From NCBI GenBank assembly GCA_001949185.1, contig BDGG01000005.1, positions 1,787,249 to 1,851,248 of the forward strand: a DNA stretch of 64,000 nucleotides. The letters run 5' to 3'. The DNA is from Ramazzottius varieornatus. Lineage: Eukaryota > Animalia > Tardigrada. The notes under the pieces were generated by a model. That model was given only the letters and a program-made list of their open reading frames with translations. It had not been told where the DNA came from and searched no databases. Positions 12,829 to 26,400 of this stretch are shown here, one piece after another (position 1 is the first letter of the stretch; the number at the start of each line of letters is the position of its first letter). Position numbers and translations under genes: made by a program.

Positions 12829-15096
12829 ATGTCGGTAGCCAAGATGACCACCACTGGCACTGCGGCCCTGCTTAGTCGCATCCAGACTACGCAAGGCCTG
12901 GAGGATATCTTCCAGTGGGTTCGGGAAGGGGATACTATCCAGACGCGCGTTTGGCTGGACGATACCGAGCACGACATGAATATCGGGTGAGCATTACAGC
13001 GCTGGTTCTTGTACGTGGCGTGAAGCGTCACGAAATGTGTCCGTTCATGCCGTATGCTCACTAGGGTGGTGTTCAGACGTCATGACGTCATGTGCGGCTG
13101 AACGAAGCTGTACAGTGGACTAATTATGCGTATTAGCACATAGCCAAATATGGGCATGTCTCGGTAATAGTTGCGTTGCTCCCTGAATGTACTCACAGTA
13201 ATTCTTTTGTCTTTTCAGGGATGACCATGGATTCAGCCTGCTGCACTGGGCTTGCAAAGAAGGGCAGATGAACATCGTGGACATGTTGCTGTCGCGAGGA
13301 GCTCGTGTGAACCAGACTAATATGGGCGATGACACACCCTTGCATTTGGCAGCCAGCCATGGTCACCGCGAGATCGTTTTGAAGGTACAATGCGACAACA
13401 GTTTTCCACGATACAGCTGAAAACAGTTGGTGATCATAGATACTTTTTCGTAGCTGTTGAGAAACAAGGCTGACGTCAACTTCGTCAATGAACATGGCAA
13501 CACTGCCTTGCATTACGCCTGCTTCTTCGGCTACGAGCAGATGGCCGAGGTACGTGCCAATGTTACCGTTAGTTGGTATCATTGAATTCAAAGACCATGT
13601 TCTGGTTTTGTAGGACTTGATCCAGCATGGAGCGCAGGTATCGCTGTGCAATAAGTACGGGGATACGCCATTGGACAAGTGTCGCCGTGAACGCTTCCGG
13701 CAGCAGCTGGACGGTTCGTTAGACCACATAAATTACGCCGCCCACTATGTTCGCAAGTTGTATGTTTATGGACTTTTGTAGAATATGCACAGCAGCTTGG
13801 CTTGGACATGCGAAAGATAGCTTACAAGGACCAGTCATCCATGGGTACCCGGATGAGAACAAGTAAGCCGGGAGAGCTTGAAGTTGTGCGCTTATGACAA
13901 GGCGAGTTCTTCCTTGACTTTCGGTTGTAGCCTTTAGACTTTTGTGTTTTTCAGAAACGCTCGATCGAAGTCTGTCGCGTCAATCAGCCATCTCTGGAAT
14001 CGATCTGCATAACTTGCAGCTGACGCTGAAGCTGGCGTCCGCTCCTTCTGGCGAGGTATGTGGATGGGGCAGCCTGTGGAATCCGCTCGTGTTACATTGA
14101 CGGTGTCGAGAGAGGGAAAAATCACATTTCTTTCCCTACTTCATTAGACTTGGAGAGGACGTTATCAGGGCCGTGATGTGGTGACGAAAGTTCTGCGTGT
14201 GCGGGAAGTGACACCGCGCATCCCTCGGGATTTCAACGACGAGTATCCCAAGCTGCGGATCTTCTCGCATCCTAACGTTCTCGGAGTCTTGGGTGCCTTC
14301 GCTCAACCGCCCAATTTGTACATAGTCTCCGAGTATATGGCCAACGGTACACTCTTCGACATCCTCCATCGAAACTCCCGTAAGTCTCTCCTATTCCTGT
14401 CGATTGTCGAACCGTTTATCAGGGTTCTTTTGGGGTGGCAGGTATCGTAGTGGACCACCATCAAGCTGTTCGCTTCGCCTTGGACATCGCTCGGGGAATG
14501 GCCTTCCTCCATTCGCTCAGTCCCATAATCCGACGTTTCTACCTGAACAGCCGTCACGTTATGGTAGGCAAATACCGCACTCAAAGAGTCCGCTATCAAG
14601 TTTTTTGAAGGTCGTTTGAGTGGGATCTTGAATTCAGCTTCGCTTTTAGGTCGACGAGGATATGACAGCACGTCTAAGCATGGCCGACAGCAAGTTCTCC
14701 TTCCAAGACAAGGGCAAGTTGTACTACCCAGCCTGGACCGCACCGGAAGCCCTTCAACGACGTCCCGAAGACAGTAACACCAAGTCCGCCGCCATGTGGA
14801 GCTTCGGGGTGGTCTTGTGGGAACTGCAGACACGCCAAGTGCCATTTGCGGACCTTCTCCCCATGCAGATTGGCATGCGGGTATGTCTATTGTTCAAGCT
14901 CTGATCACCACGAAACCTTTTCTAACCTTTGCTTGTCTCTTTATGATAGGTTGCGCTGGAAGGACTTCGCTTGTCGGCGCCACCGGGTGCGTCTCCGCAG
15001 GTCAACAAGCTGATGGAGATCTGCATGAACGAGAACCCCGGTAAACGACCATCATTCGACATGATCATACCGATCTTGGAGAAGATGCAGCGATGA
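12829..15096 (+). CDS. ILK: Integrin-linked kinase (ankyrin repeats + pseudokinase), multi-exon
   Basis: [72 protein letters not shown] and [14 protein letters not shown]. Confidence 0.97.
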
Positions 15097-16177
15097 AAGG
15101 AGGAGAGCCTGCGTCCAATTTTTTAGCCGTCTGTAATGATGAACGATAGCCAGGAAGCATTTACCCGGTTGATCTTAGCTTCGGCCTTGGGCCGGAACAG
15201 TTTGTGGGGGCCTTGAGCTGAATCTTCTTTTGCTTAATTTTTAACTGTAATCTTGTGTGCCGTGTAGCTCTGATTCAACCAAACCTGGAATGATGGTTTT
15301 CTTTTATGGAGACCCCGCATTTGACGTTTTGCTGATGTCTCAACGCTGCCGGTCTTTTTAACTTTTAAACCTTGTGCCAGCTCTTCCGAAGCCTTTTTTT
15401 AAATTCTTGCTCACTTTATTCTAGGTCAGTGCGTAAATATAGCCTGTAATCGTTGGACTCAGTTCTGCTCCTATGATGGACAACAGATATAACAGATAAT
15501 TTATAACAGTCATTCTGATGTTCGTAAATGTGGCGCGCAGTATCAGCCATTCGCTATGACATCATTCTGACATCATCGTCTCGACGCATCATTCACACGA
15601 AAACACAGGTGTCAAGCCATTCACCCTTTTTCTCCCATAACTATAAGTGATATCTTCGGACCTTTCCACCTTTCCACACACCAGGAATCGATCTTCTAGG
15701 TAGGTAAGATACTTCCACGGCGAATAATTTCCGTGAGGTTTTGTGGCTATCTTGATGTATAGCTCATTTATAAAAGCTCTTGTCCACACGCCCAACGCAC
15801 GGTTCGACGGTGGAAAGCCGGGCATTCCTTATCACTTCCTGACGAAAGCAGAGTTTCACGCACTCCAGAAACCTTCGCAACATGGTGCTTGTGGCGAGCT
15901 CGTTGGTATGTTGGCGCTCGCTATTTTCTTTTCCACCAGTGTTGCGCACCGTAAAACGAGAGAAAATCTTTCGACTCATATCTGACCAAGAACTCACCGC
16001 ACGGACACGTTAGGCTTCGAAGTGTTTCCTCTACATCTACATCTCTGCTCACTGTTGTTACTTTTCACACCAAATACGTTTCAGTTCGGTAGATTTGCGT
16101 ATCTTTCAGAGTTTCCATCGAGGTTCCCAGAACAAAAGAAAGTAAAAACACGAATTTTGAAGAAGAGTGCATGAAAT

Positions 16178-16825
16178 TCAAACAACAACATCGAAATCCT
16201 TCATGGCACTATCGATATTTAGCCAGCGATTAAAACAACCGACGTCCACCACACGTTCCGGAAGAGAGAACCAGGATGGTTTCAGGTATTTGCAGCGAGC
16301 TTCATACGTATCACATGACTCGTTAAATTCCTTATGAACTATCAAAGAACACAATCCCCAGTTCTCATACCGTAACCTGTTACTGTTGAGCAATCTTTGT
16401 ACATTGATGAGGTACTTCTCGGACTCTGGCCGTCGACTTGACGGAGGGACCTGGATGAGGTCGTTGTTGAAATTCCTCATTCCATCAAAGTAGTCGATTT
16501 CCGAAGGGGTCGTCTTGAATGCAACGGCTGCCACCGCTAATCCGGACAAGAGGATGATCGTTCTAACTGGACGACTCTTGGCATCGAGAAGAGCGTCCTT
16601 CGTCACAGCGACGTAGTCTTCAGCCACGTTAATCACAAATTTCACTACAGCGGAAATATGTTGATAATCACTGATAAATACGGCCATGATGTTTTGCATG
16701 AGTATAACATGGAAATACCTACTAGGTTTGAAATCTTTTCCCTTCTGTATAAGCTTGGCAGCAGCTGAATCGTTCGACAGCGACAAGGTAGCACGCGAAG
16801 GCAGCCAGCGTAATAGGGAAGCCAT
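16178..16825 (-). CDS. TIMM29: Mitochondrial TIM22 complex subunit Tim29 (probably one short in-frame intron near 16740-16670)
   Basis: DYVAVTKDALLDAKSRPVRT plus a TM segment, LRYENWGLCSLI, CDTYEARCKYL and ERVVDVGCFNRWLNIDSAMKDFDV. Confidence 0.88.
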   Translation of the reverse strand: MASLLRWLPSRATLSLSNDSAAAKLIQKGKDFKPSRYFHVILMQNIMAVFISDYQHISAVVKFVINVAEDYVAVTKDALLDAKSRPVRTIILLSGLAVAAVAFKTTPSEIDYFDGMRNFNNDLIQVPPSSRRPESEKYLINVQRLLNSNRLRYENWGLCSLIVHKEFNESCDTYEARCKYLKPSWFSLPERVVDVGCFNRWLNIDSAMKDFDVVV

Positions 16826-17103
16826 CCCAGGGCACGAATACAGGCCGCCGGAACTTAGAGAGACACGGTAAGTGGTGATCACTGGCAGTGACGCAGCCTC
16901 AAGAGCGTTCATTCAGGCCTTCCAAAGCTCCAAGATAGCTTTTTCCGTCCTGTGGTTGGCATCGGGAAGAAAGATCGAGCTACAAGTACGAGAAGAACCA
17001 AGAGAGTACATCAGACAATGCGAAAGCCACGACACTATATGCTAGTAACTTAATGATTTCGATCAATCCAGTGAATCCACAATCCACATTCCGCAAGCTG
17101 GTG

Positions 17104-17642
17104 TAGTGGTCTCATTCACACCACTGTTACGATCTACAGCAACACGCCCCCTGGTTATTAACTGGTGGCTGCCTATCATACTGCCACGCCCATTTCCAAG
17201 GTAGTTCTTGTCTGGATCACAGCAATGAGTTGATTGTCTTGAATGGCCAACTTCTCGTCAAAACCAGCAAAACGACTAGCTCTTAGGACCTACTTCGCTC
17301 TTTAATAATGCCAACCTAGGTCCTAGGAACCACTTTCCAAGTCCAGGTTNNNNNNNNNNNNNNNNNNNNNNNNNNNNNNNNNNNNNNNNNNNNNNNNNNT
17401 TGAATTTCGAAAGTGGTTCCTAGGACCTAGGTTGGCATTATTAAAGAGCGAAGTAGATCCTAAGAGCTAGTCGTTTTGCCGGTTTTAACGAGAAGTTGGC
17501 CATTCAAGACAATCAACTCATTGTTGTGATCCAGACAGGAGCCACCTTGGAAATGGGCGTGGCAGAATGATACGCAGCCACCAGTTAATAACCAGGGGGT
17601 GTGTTGCTGTAAATCGTAACAGTGCTGTTAATGAGACCACTG
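17104..17642. mobile_element. Foldback/MITE-like element: ~235-bp inverted arms around an N gap
   Basis: 17104-17337 is the imperfect reverse complement of 17409-17642. Termini are (T/C)AGTGGTCTCAT. No clean TSD. Confidence 0.75.
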
Positions 17643-17985
17643 TGAATGGTCAGCACTACAGCTGGAAGCCTGGAACCCAGCCGGAAGTCACTATCGAGTG
17701 TTTGCGATTATTCTGCTGCCGGAACAGCAGCGCAGTTAGACTTCCGTTTATTTCCACTTATTTTGCAGGTGAGGTGACGTAACATGCTGTGAATGCAATA
17801 TCGAGTGACTTGTTATCACAATTCCAACGCCAACTTTAATCCACATCCGCTAAGTTTTTCTTCTGTCCTTCTGAGTTCCGAACGTCTTTACATTCGGGAA
17901 TGCCTCTGCACTGACATCACCCAGCCGCGGCAGTTCGCGGGTTTGAAAGGAGGTCTGTGACGGTGAGGCAGCTCTAGACATTGTC

Positions 17986-20975
17986 ATGGACGTCAACATT
18001 AAAAATGGAACCGCGGCAGAAAACATCCGAATGGAAGAGATGCCTGACACATCTGTATGTGTCGTTCCCGTGTCAGAAATCAGTGATCCAGAAGTCGAGG
18101 CGGAACCGGACCCGCACCCGGACGTGGATGCTGAACTAGAGGGGGAAGGTGAGGAAGAAGACGCACACATGCTGGACGCCACAATGGCATCCGAAGATGT
18201 CGATGTCCCATCGGAAGTGACTGACAGCGAGCCTGTACATTCCATCTCCTTTACATCATTCCGGTTGAATGAAGCATACCCTAAACTAACCATCGAAGAT
18301 GCTAGTGAGACCGTAAGCACCGTAAGTAAATTGCCTGTCTTTGAGAGGAATATTGGGGTTAAGCTTGAGAATTAATTTGCTTAATCTGCGTTGCAGATCG
18401 ATGAAGCATCGAAGATAGCCACCACGAAGAAAATCCTTAAAGAATGTGAGATCGAATACAGTATTATTCCCAGTCCAAAGCCTGACTCACCGGAATACGC
18501 AGCAACGTTGAGTCGATTGGAAGCGGATAAGATGTCGGACAGAGAAATACAGCAGTTCCCTCTTCTTACTCAGGCTGATCTCGAAGTCAAGCAGCAATAC
18601 CTGTCTATCAGAAACAACATACTTCTTCAGTGGCACGCCAATCCGAAGCAAGAGTTAACCTGCGAGAAAGCCTGTGCTGGAATCAGGGTGGATCCCGAAG
18701 CAAGTAAGGATCTTCCGTCGCCTGAACGAATCCACGCTCTAATGAATCGCATCTGCGCCATCAACTACGGGATATATCAAGTCTTGACTCCTCCAAAGGC
18801 TATCCCACACAAGGTGATCGTTGTCGGAGCTGGAATAGCTGGCTTGGCGGCTGCGAGAAAGCTGAAAGAGTTCGGGTTTGATGTGGTGGTTGTCGAGGCA
18901 AGAAAACGTCCTGGCGGGAGAGTGGAAACGTGGCGCAGCCAGGACGGAAAAAGCCATGCTGAAAACGGCGCTATGATAGGTAAGAAACACTACAGCGCGA
19001 GCGAAAAGCTGATAGATAGTTTGCTGGAGCAAACTTCAACAGATTAGGAACGATTGCTGTTTGCTAGTAATTTGTACAACAGTGACTGAGTTTTTGTTCA
19101 TTTTATTGTTATTTTATCCCTTGTCGATATGTTCCTTCTTGTTATACAGTGACAGGCATTGTGGGAAATCCTCTCTTCACCATCCTTCATCAGCAGCTCA
19201 ACTTGAATCTGGTTCGGATCGCTGGACGATGTCCACTCTTCACTGCCAGGCACTCTGTTCCAAAATCAATCGTAAGTCGAGCAAGCGTAAGTTGGGACCT
19301 AAGCAGGAAATTCTATGAGATCAACTTGCCAAGTGGTGTGCACTTTCAGCCAAAAACGTTAGGGACGTGCGCCACTTGGGAAAATATTCAGAAACAGTCT
19401 TATCGAGTTTGTTTGAGAGCTCCCGATCAGTGAAAATGTTGTAGCGTTCTTTGCCGTATTCCACCGGTCCTGTCAGTTTCTTTACAGTTTCTGTTTCATA
19501 TTTTACAGGACGAGGTATTGGAAGTGGAATTCAACAGTCTGCTGACCGCCGCTTCCGGTTACGGAAAGCTCCTTAAGCCTCCTTCCACATCCTCTTCCGA
19601 CCACAGAATAGTCAGCCTAGGTGAAGCTTTGGACGTTCTTCTACGTCGTGAAGAGCTGAAGTGCCTCCAGCAATATCGAGAGCACAAAGAGAACCGAGTG
19701 GACATGATGAAAGCCCTGACGAAATGCTACGAAGACCGCAAGAACCTTCACACGATCTGGCAGAAGCACGCCGAAGAGTACCGTAAAGCCAAGGAGGAAA
19801 TGACAGCTTCAGACACTGGCAACACTCAGTGGAACTACCACCTAGCCCGAGCTCGGCTAGTCTCTTCAGCCAACCGTGTGGACGAGATCAACGGTCGCAT
19901 CAACCAGTTCGACAAGCTCCTCCAAGCATCGACCAAGTCTCCACCACCGAAAGGGTACCTGACGCCGGAAGGCCGCGCCATCATCGGCTGGCACGAAGCT
20001 AACCTTGAGTTCGCCAACGCTAACCATCTGAACTGTCTGTCGTTGCAGCATTGGGACCAGGACGATGAGTTCGAACTGCAGGGTGGTCATTTCAGTCTGG
20101 AAGTTGGCATGGACATACTTCCCGAAGCCATGGCTGGAGGTCTGGACGTACAGTACGGCCAGATCGTGAAAGAAATTGACGTTTCTGGAGAACAGTCCGA
20201 CTTGGCGTCCATAGTCACTCTTCTTACCTCAAACAATGTGTCTGTTCCGATCCTTGCAGATGCAGTTCTGTGTACAGTGCCTTTAGGTGTTCTGAAGGAC
20301 GCCATGAAGCGTCAGTTGGGAACGGGTCTAACGGTAGCCGGTGCAGTTCCGCCTACCCAGGTCAAGGCAGTGGTAGGTTCAGTTCCTACTCATACGAAAT
20401 ACGCGATGGAGTTTAAGCCTCCATTACCACTTCCGCTTGCGCAGACCATCGCCACGATGGGATTTGGTACCTTGAACAAAGTCATTCTCTCATACAAGAC
20501 TCGTTTTTGGGATGTGAAGAGAGCTTTATTTGGGTTTGTCAATGAGGATGTCCGCAGAAGAGGCGAGTTCTTCCTCTTTTGGAGCCTGTATGATACTCCG
20601 ACGTTGGTAGCACTGGTGGCAGGTGAAGCCGCGCTGGCCTTGGAGAACGGAGTGGACGATGGGGATATAGCGAAGGCTTGTCATCATACCCTAAAGAAGA
20701 TATTCGGGAAGGACATTGAAGAGCCTGTGGAAAGTTCGGTTACGCATTGGGGTAGCGACCCGTTCTGCCAAGGGTCGTACAGCAGTGTGGCACCGGGTGC
20801 GTCGGGAAACAGCTACGACGTGATGGCTACACCGCTCTTCGACACTCAAAGTCCGAAACTGTTCTTCGCGGGAGAACATACGATCAAGAACTATCCAGCG
20901 ACGTTGCATGGAGCATTGCTGAGTGGACTACGAGAGGCGACAAAGATCGCTGATGCCTTCGACCCATTACAATAG
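17986..20975 (+). CDS. KDM1A: Lysine-specific demethylase 1 (SWIRM + amine oxidase + Tower), 4 exons
   Basis: YLSIRNNILLQW (SWIRM), VIVVGAGIAGLAAA, EARKRPGGRV, WHEANLEFANA, LSLQHWDQDDEFE, GTLNKVIL (catalytic Lys kept) and FFAGEHTIKNYPATLHGALLSGLREA. Confidence 0.95.
19305..19424. repeat. Palindromic intronic element copy 2 (KDM1A intron)
   Basis: CCAAGTGGTGTG-N27-TGCGCCACTTGGGAAAA...CGAGTTTGTTTGAGAGCTCCC. Confidence 0.85.
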
Positions 20976-21227
20976 AACGCGATTGTTACGGTTGTCATCG
21001 TTTTTTATTCTTAGCTTGTTGTAAATCATATTATTAAGCTCGTTAGTGACAATTACTGGCCAAGTACCAAAGATGTCCTTTTTCAAGTGGTTAGATTTTT
21101 TTTGGTTGTGGCTGGACCGTCGCTCCCTTTCTAGGAAGAGCCATCTCTCAAGCTTGTCGTCTGCGCACGATCCGTCCGTCTACAGTAATGATTGACAGTC
21201 TTATTGTTCCGTGATGGTTTACAGTCT

Positions 21228-22748
21228 TTAGGTGTTGATGTCCGCTGGTGCAGTCGGGTAGGCCCATTCGAAATCTGAAAATACGGCATGGGTTTGAATA
21301 TGTCATGCCGATAAGTTGAACTCGTGGTGTCGGAAGTCCTCTTACCGTCGCCTAATCCATCGAGCTGTAGGGTTCCTTCGCACAGACCAATGTAGGACTG
21401 AGGAGTATGAAATGCGTTCGAGTCGACCAGGATGTTCAGATGATCTGGAGCACGGAGTTGTCACTAACAAAACTGGGCGAGGTGGCACGTTAGCGTTACC
21501 TGGATGAGGAAAGAGTTTCCGGACCTGTAGCATGCCTTGTTCTTTCAGAATGTCCTCTGGAGCCTGAAAAAGTGTGATAGTAAATCTACAACACGATGCG
21601 CCTGTATCTCAGGCTGAGTTTCTTCCTGTCCCTACCTTGTGCAAAGCTGACAGTTTGAGGCAGACTTGGACGGTTCTCTGGATGAATGCGTGTGCAACTT
21701 CCCGAAGGTCGCTGATTTGCTCGTTCTGATCGTCGAAATTGTCAAACGGCGTATCCACTGTCATGCACAAGAACTCATGTAGCATGCGTTGAGGAACATC
21801 ATAATCTTCGAACACTATCTGGATATTTCCGAGTTCGTGCAACTTCTTCAGTAACTTCAGACATGCAAGAAACACGACTTCCGTGCTCTGCAAGAAAATA
21901 CACCTGGGTTTAGAAACTCAGTTATAAAGGTACGATATGTTTTAAATTTGATATTTTTCTTCACCTCCAGAACGAAGACGATATGGCTGGGATACAGTAA
22001 TCCAAAACCAGTGACACTTCCGGGTCCATGCTTTTCTGTTAATTCAGTGATCAATGCCTTCGTATCGTCTACCGAGAAAGGAAATTTATTAATATTTTTT
22101 TTCAGATTCTTTATACTCTTTTTATTGTCGAAGACCTATCTATGCGGCAGAACCAGAGGAAAATGCGTCACCGACGATCCTTCCTACCACTTGCGCCCGG
22201 TTGACTGGTGTACGAGGCTAAAAACAAAATTTTGAGATATTATGGCCAGATCGAACAAACCGAAAGAAAAGACTTCGGCTTACTTTGTTGTAGTTTCGGC
22301 ACTGATTACTCAACACTTCGAACAATGTGGAGAATGTTTTGTCCGGGATCTCCTTCGGGGTGTCCTGCTGCCGGAAAGCTGAGCCTCTTCGTCCTCTGCG
22401 CGCGAATATTCCCTGCGTGTCGGCACCCGGACTTAGACTACCTCGCTGGGTCAAGGAAGATCGTCGAGGTCCAGCAGTGCCACTGGCTTCTCTTTTGGTC
22501 GCTTCTTGGCTTTCCCGTCGCGACCCAGGACTACCTCTCGATTCACTTCTCAAAATAGAATCCGATCCTCCAATACTCGAAAAGCGAGAGGCAACGCCGG
22601 GTAGGCTGAGAGACACCGACGAAGGGTCTTCGATAGCCTGCTTAGCGGATTTCATCAGAGTGGGAGAATCTGCCTGTGGAGTGCTCGTCTCAACTTTTTC
22701 ATCAATCGCTGGCGCGGCCTCACTTGGCTCTTGTGCGGGGTTCTCCAT
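21228..22748 (-). CDS. TEX47/C7orf62-like (BLUF-like fold) protein, multi-exon
   Basis: VTGFGLLYPSHIVFVLE|STEVVF, IQIVFEDYDVPQRML and HTPQSYIGLCEGTLQLD|DFEW resemble TEX47 (TGLLL.YP....HVLE). Low-complexity N-terminus. Confidence 0.6.
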
Positions 22749-23461
22749 TACTATATTTTGGCAGTACCTTCTGGTTCAAAGAGCATACGTAAACTAACTG
22801 AACGTCTATTAGGAAATCAGCGAACCAGTTTTCGTTATCGTCGCATGAGAAAAAGTTGCTAAGGATAGGGGTACAGGACCTGATCGACTTACTGCACCGT
22901 CCTCTCCCAGAAGTATGGGAGCGGATATTAAAAGGAAACTCCCGTGTTTTCGGTATTTTATGCACCTCTGCCACTTCTCGCTGTGGCGGAACCCACTACG
23001 GTTTGTCAGCTAGTTCAAAGTTTCGAGTTCTGGTCCAGAATCTAAAGTTAATCAGCGCACTATCTCACGTCGGCAAAAAGGAAGGGATTGTTATCATGTT
23101 AGATAACACTAATCGTTAAAGCAAACTTGCGGCAATCTGACTGACTCGTACGGCCTGCACACGTTCTTTGACGCCTTTCCTGAACCGCACCGCAAATACG
23201 TCAGAGTTTACTGTAAAGCTTGGTAGCCAGCAAACCACCTGGCTCAAGCACTTGAATAGCGTATGACGTCACGAGGCCATGTCATCATGGTTGGTCATAT
23301 CCTTTACTTTCGAAGACTGTGATCCTTCCTTCCTTCCTTCCTTCCAGTCAGCTGTTCGCTCTGCAACTGGGCTTCCTCCCGAACGAGGACATCGTTGTTC
23401 CTTCGTAATTTTCCTTTCGCGAACAGTTCAGGTTGACTAGTTGGCTCTTCCTGATAGCGGA

Positions 23462-26400
23462 ATGTCAGCCAGCAGGACTACCTCGGAGTTGTTGAGCGCT
23501 ACCGGTCTACCCTACGGATCTGTCATGGAGTCGACCGCGCCATTGCAGGTAAGCCCCCTTAATCAAGCATCGTACAACCGCGTTTTACCAAAACCGAGAA
23601 ACCGTACGGTCTTGCGGTTCTGCAGAAATGGTTTACCGATCGCGGTAACAGGATTTCGCCGGTGATCGGCAATGAGCAGGTACGAAGCGCATCGGAGAAG
23701 GATGGGTTTCGCATGGACAACTTTGAAGATCCGTGTGTTACTCCTGGACTTGTCCTGGAAGAGGAAGCCAGTACGTTGCTTGAAATGATCGTTGCCGATC
23801 GCAAAGGAGCAAAGCCAAGTTTAGCCGACGATCTACCGAAGTTTTTCTATAGGTATGCGAAGTCATCATTGCCTGACCAGCTGATATTATTCGTAACTCG
23901 AATGCTAACCGGAAGTGTCCGTCTTCTAGTCTTGCCCGACATCTTCAAAAACATCAGGGCATCCTCGCGCTAGTTCTTTCCGCGGATACTAAGCGAAGCC
24001 ACCAGGAATGCAAGAAGCACGATGTTCCGTTAGCAATACAGCTCGCGTATCGTTTTGCCGGGAAGCCATCGACGAAGTCCTCACTGTCAGGTGAGTGACA
24101 GTGCGGCAACTGAACCACTGCAGCACCAACAGGTTGTCCATCTATAATCACTCTATTTTCATTCAGGCAGTACGGATTGCATTGTTCCGTCCATGACGTC
24201 TCCATTGCTGGACGTCTTAAAGTTGATACTTCCTGCTTTGCGGGATGATCGGACAGTGGTCATCCTCGCGCCGATCTATGTGTGCCGCACAGTATCAGTT
24301 TTGATGGAAATCCTCATTGAATGTGGGTATGTACCCCTGTTTTTCCCCATCCTCAAACACTCATCTGGGTATCCGTTCTTATAGTTAACTTTTCTAGGCT
24401 TCCGAAAGGATCTGTGAATTTTCTTATTGGGTTTCGACAGACCTTTCAAACACCTGTTGACACTCTGTTTTTCTGTGGTGCCAGAGTATGTATGCAGCTG
24501 GAAGTTTCCGACTACTCTTTGATCACGGCCCGACATATTTGGATTGATAGGGAGAGGAACAGGAGATGTTGGCAGAAGCATTCAAGCTAGACCAGAGAAT
24601 CGGAAGGATCATCACTACATCAAAGAACGGCTCCACAGCCATCATTACCGACTTCGCCGATCTACATTCTGCGGTGGCTTCGCTGGTAGAAGCAGCTTGC
24701 TTTTCCACTGGCCAGTCGGCATTCTGTCCATCAAAGATCCTGATTCAAGAAAGCATCTTCGATTCCACCATCAAAGCCTTCAAGGCAAAGATATCCACTC
24801 TGCGAAGCGGCTCCCATTTCGACAAGTCCGTCGACTATAGCGATTTCAACCTGGTCCCTTCCGCCTCGAAGAATGCTGGACTGGTTAAAGCTGCCCGAAG
24901 CGATGGCGCTGAGGTATGAGTACATTCGAATTCTGCCCCGTTCGAAGGTTTGATTCAGGTTTCTCGTCTGCGCCGTAGGTCTTTTCACACATCGCATTGG
25001 ATGAAGATTTGCCGAAATACGCTTTTGCTGTTCCAGGACAAGCAAAGTTTCCGCTGGTTGCGGCAGTTAACATTGCTCCAACAAGTCCTCTTCTTTCTGG
25101 CAAGGTGGTCGATACCTATTTCTGTGTCTCGTTGGTCCTTCAAGCACAGTATGCCAGCGAATTTGAAAACGCGGCAAACAGACTCGACCAATTACGTTTT
25201 CCCAAGTGGCGCACATTTTCCGTCAATATCGCTGTAAACGTGCGCCACTTCGGAAAGTGATGTAGTCGGGTTTGTTTGCCGAGCTCCGTATGATGAACGT
25301 TATGGTTTCGGTTTAGTATGAAGGACCTCTGTTGGCTTTCTTGCCATTCCGGACCATGAAGGAAGCGGTGTCGTTGGCCAACAACGGCCCGTTCACTGCA
25401 GCTTGTAGTGTCTGGTCCGATAGTACTACGCAAGCCACGGAAATTGCCCGCAGTGTGAAGGTTTCCACTGTCTGGATTAACTCGTGCCATTTGTACGAAG
25501 CTGTTTTCGAGAACCCCGACCACGCTTGGTCCCAGAAGACTGTCAAGATAAGGTCCGAACTCGAGTCGGCGGAGACTTCCGTCGCACTCGCACAAGAAAC
25601 CACATCGAACTCCAGGTGAGCATTCCAAATATGGAATACCTAATGGCTTTCGAGCAACATATCCCAGTGTACTTTTCGGTTCTTTTCAGTATCGATAAAA
25701 CGTATAAGATGTTTTATGGAGGTGGTCAGAAGAGGCCGGAAAATGGCATGTCTTTGCCGGTCAGTACTTCTGGCGCGAATGGGTCCAGCACTGTCGTACA
25801 CATCCCTGATGGCGGACAAAAGGACCTGAAGAACGCCATCGACGCTGCCACATCCGGAGCTAGCATGTAAGCCCTCTCTCCGTGTTTCCACATGTGACTG
25901 AGACTTGCTGTACGCGTCTACTGTACGGATGAGTGTTTCATGCAACTGTAGCTGGAAGAAGTCGACATCATTCAACCGAAGTCAAATCGTGTTCTACCTC
26001 GCCGAGAACCTTTCCGGTCGTCGTCAAGCTTTCATCGACGTATTGAGTGACGGCTCAAAAAACTCTGCGGCAAGCCGAGAAGTAGACCAAGCCATCGAGA
26101 AACTGTTCTTCTGGGCTGGACAGTGCGGAGGTCCTCAGGGAAAAGTTTACGTAAGACACATCTCTCCACTTTCTCTAACCCCGGTGCACTAAGTACCTGG
26201 CGTGTTCTAATGAAGTATCTTTTGTGTTCTACAGCAGCCGAATAGTTCAACTACGGTAATAACGCTGCACGAAGCACTGGGAATTGTTGTCGTCGTCCTT
26301 CCACAAGAATCGGCATTTTTGCACTTCATCACTTGCACCGCAGCGGCTCTTGCATGCGGCAACTCAGTGGTGGTCCTTCCTCAACTGTACTGTGCTGCGT

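Noticed and set aside
15589-15997. Overlapping short ORFs between ILK and TIMM29
   Set aside because: No homology recognised. Probably UTR or decayed sequence.
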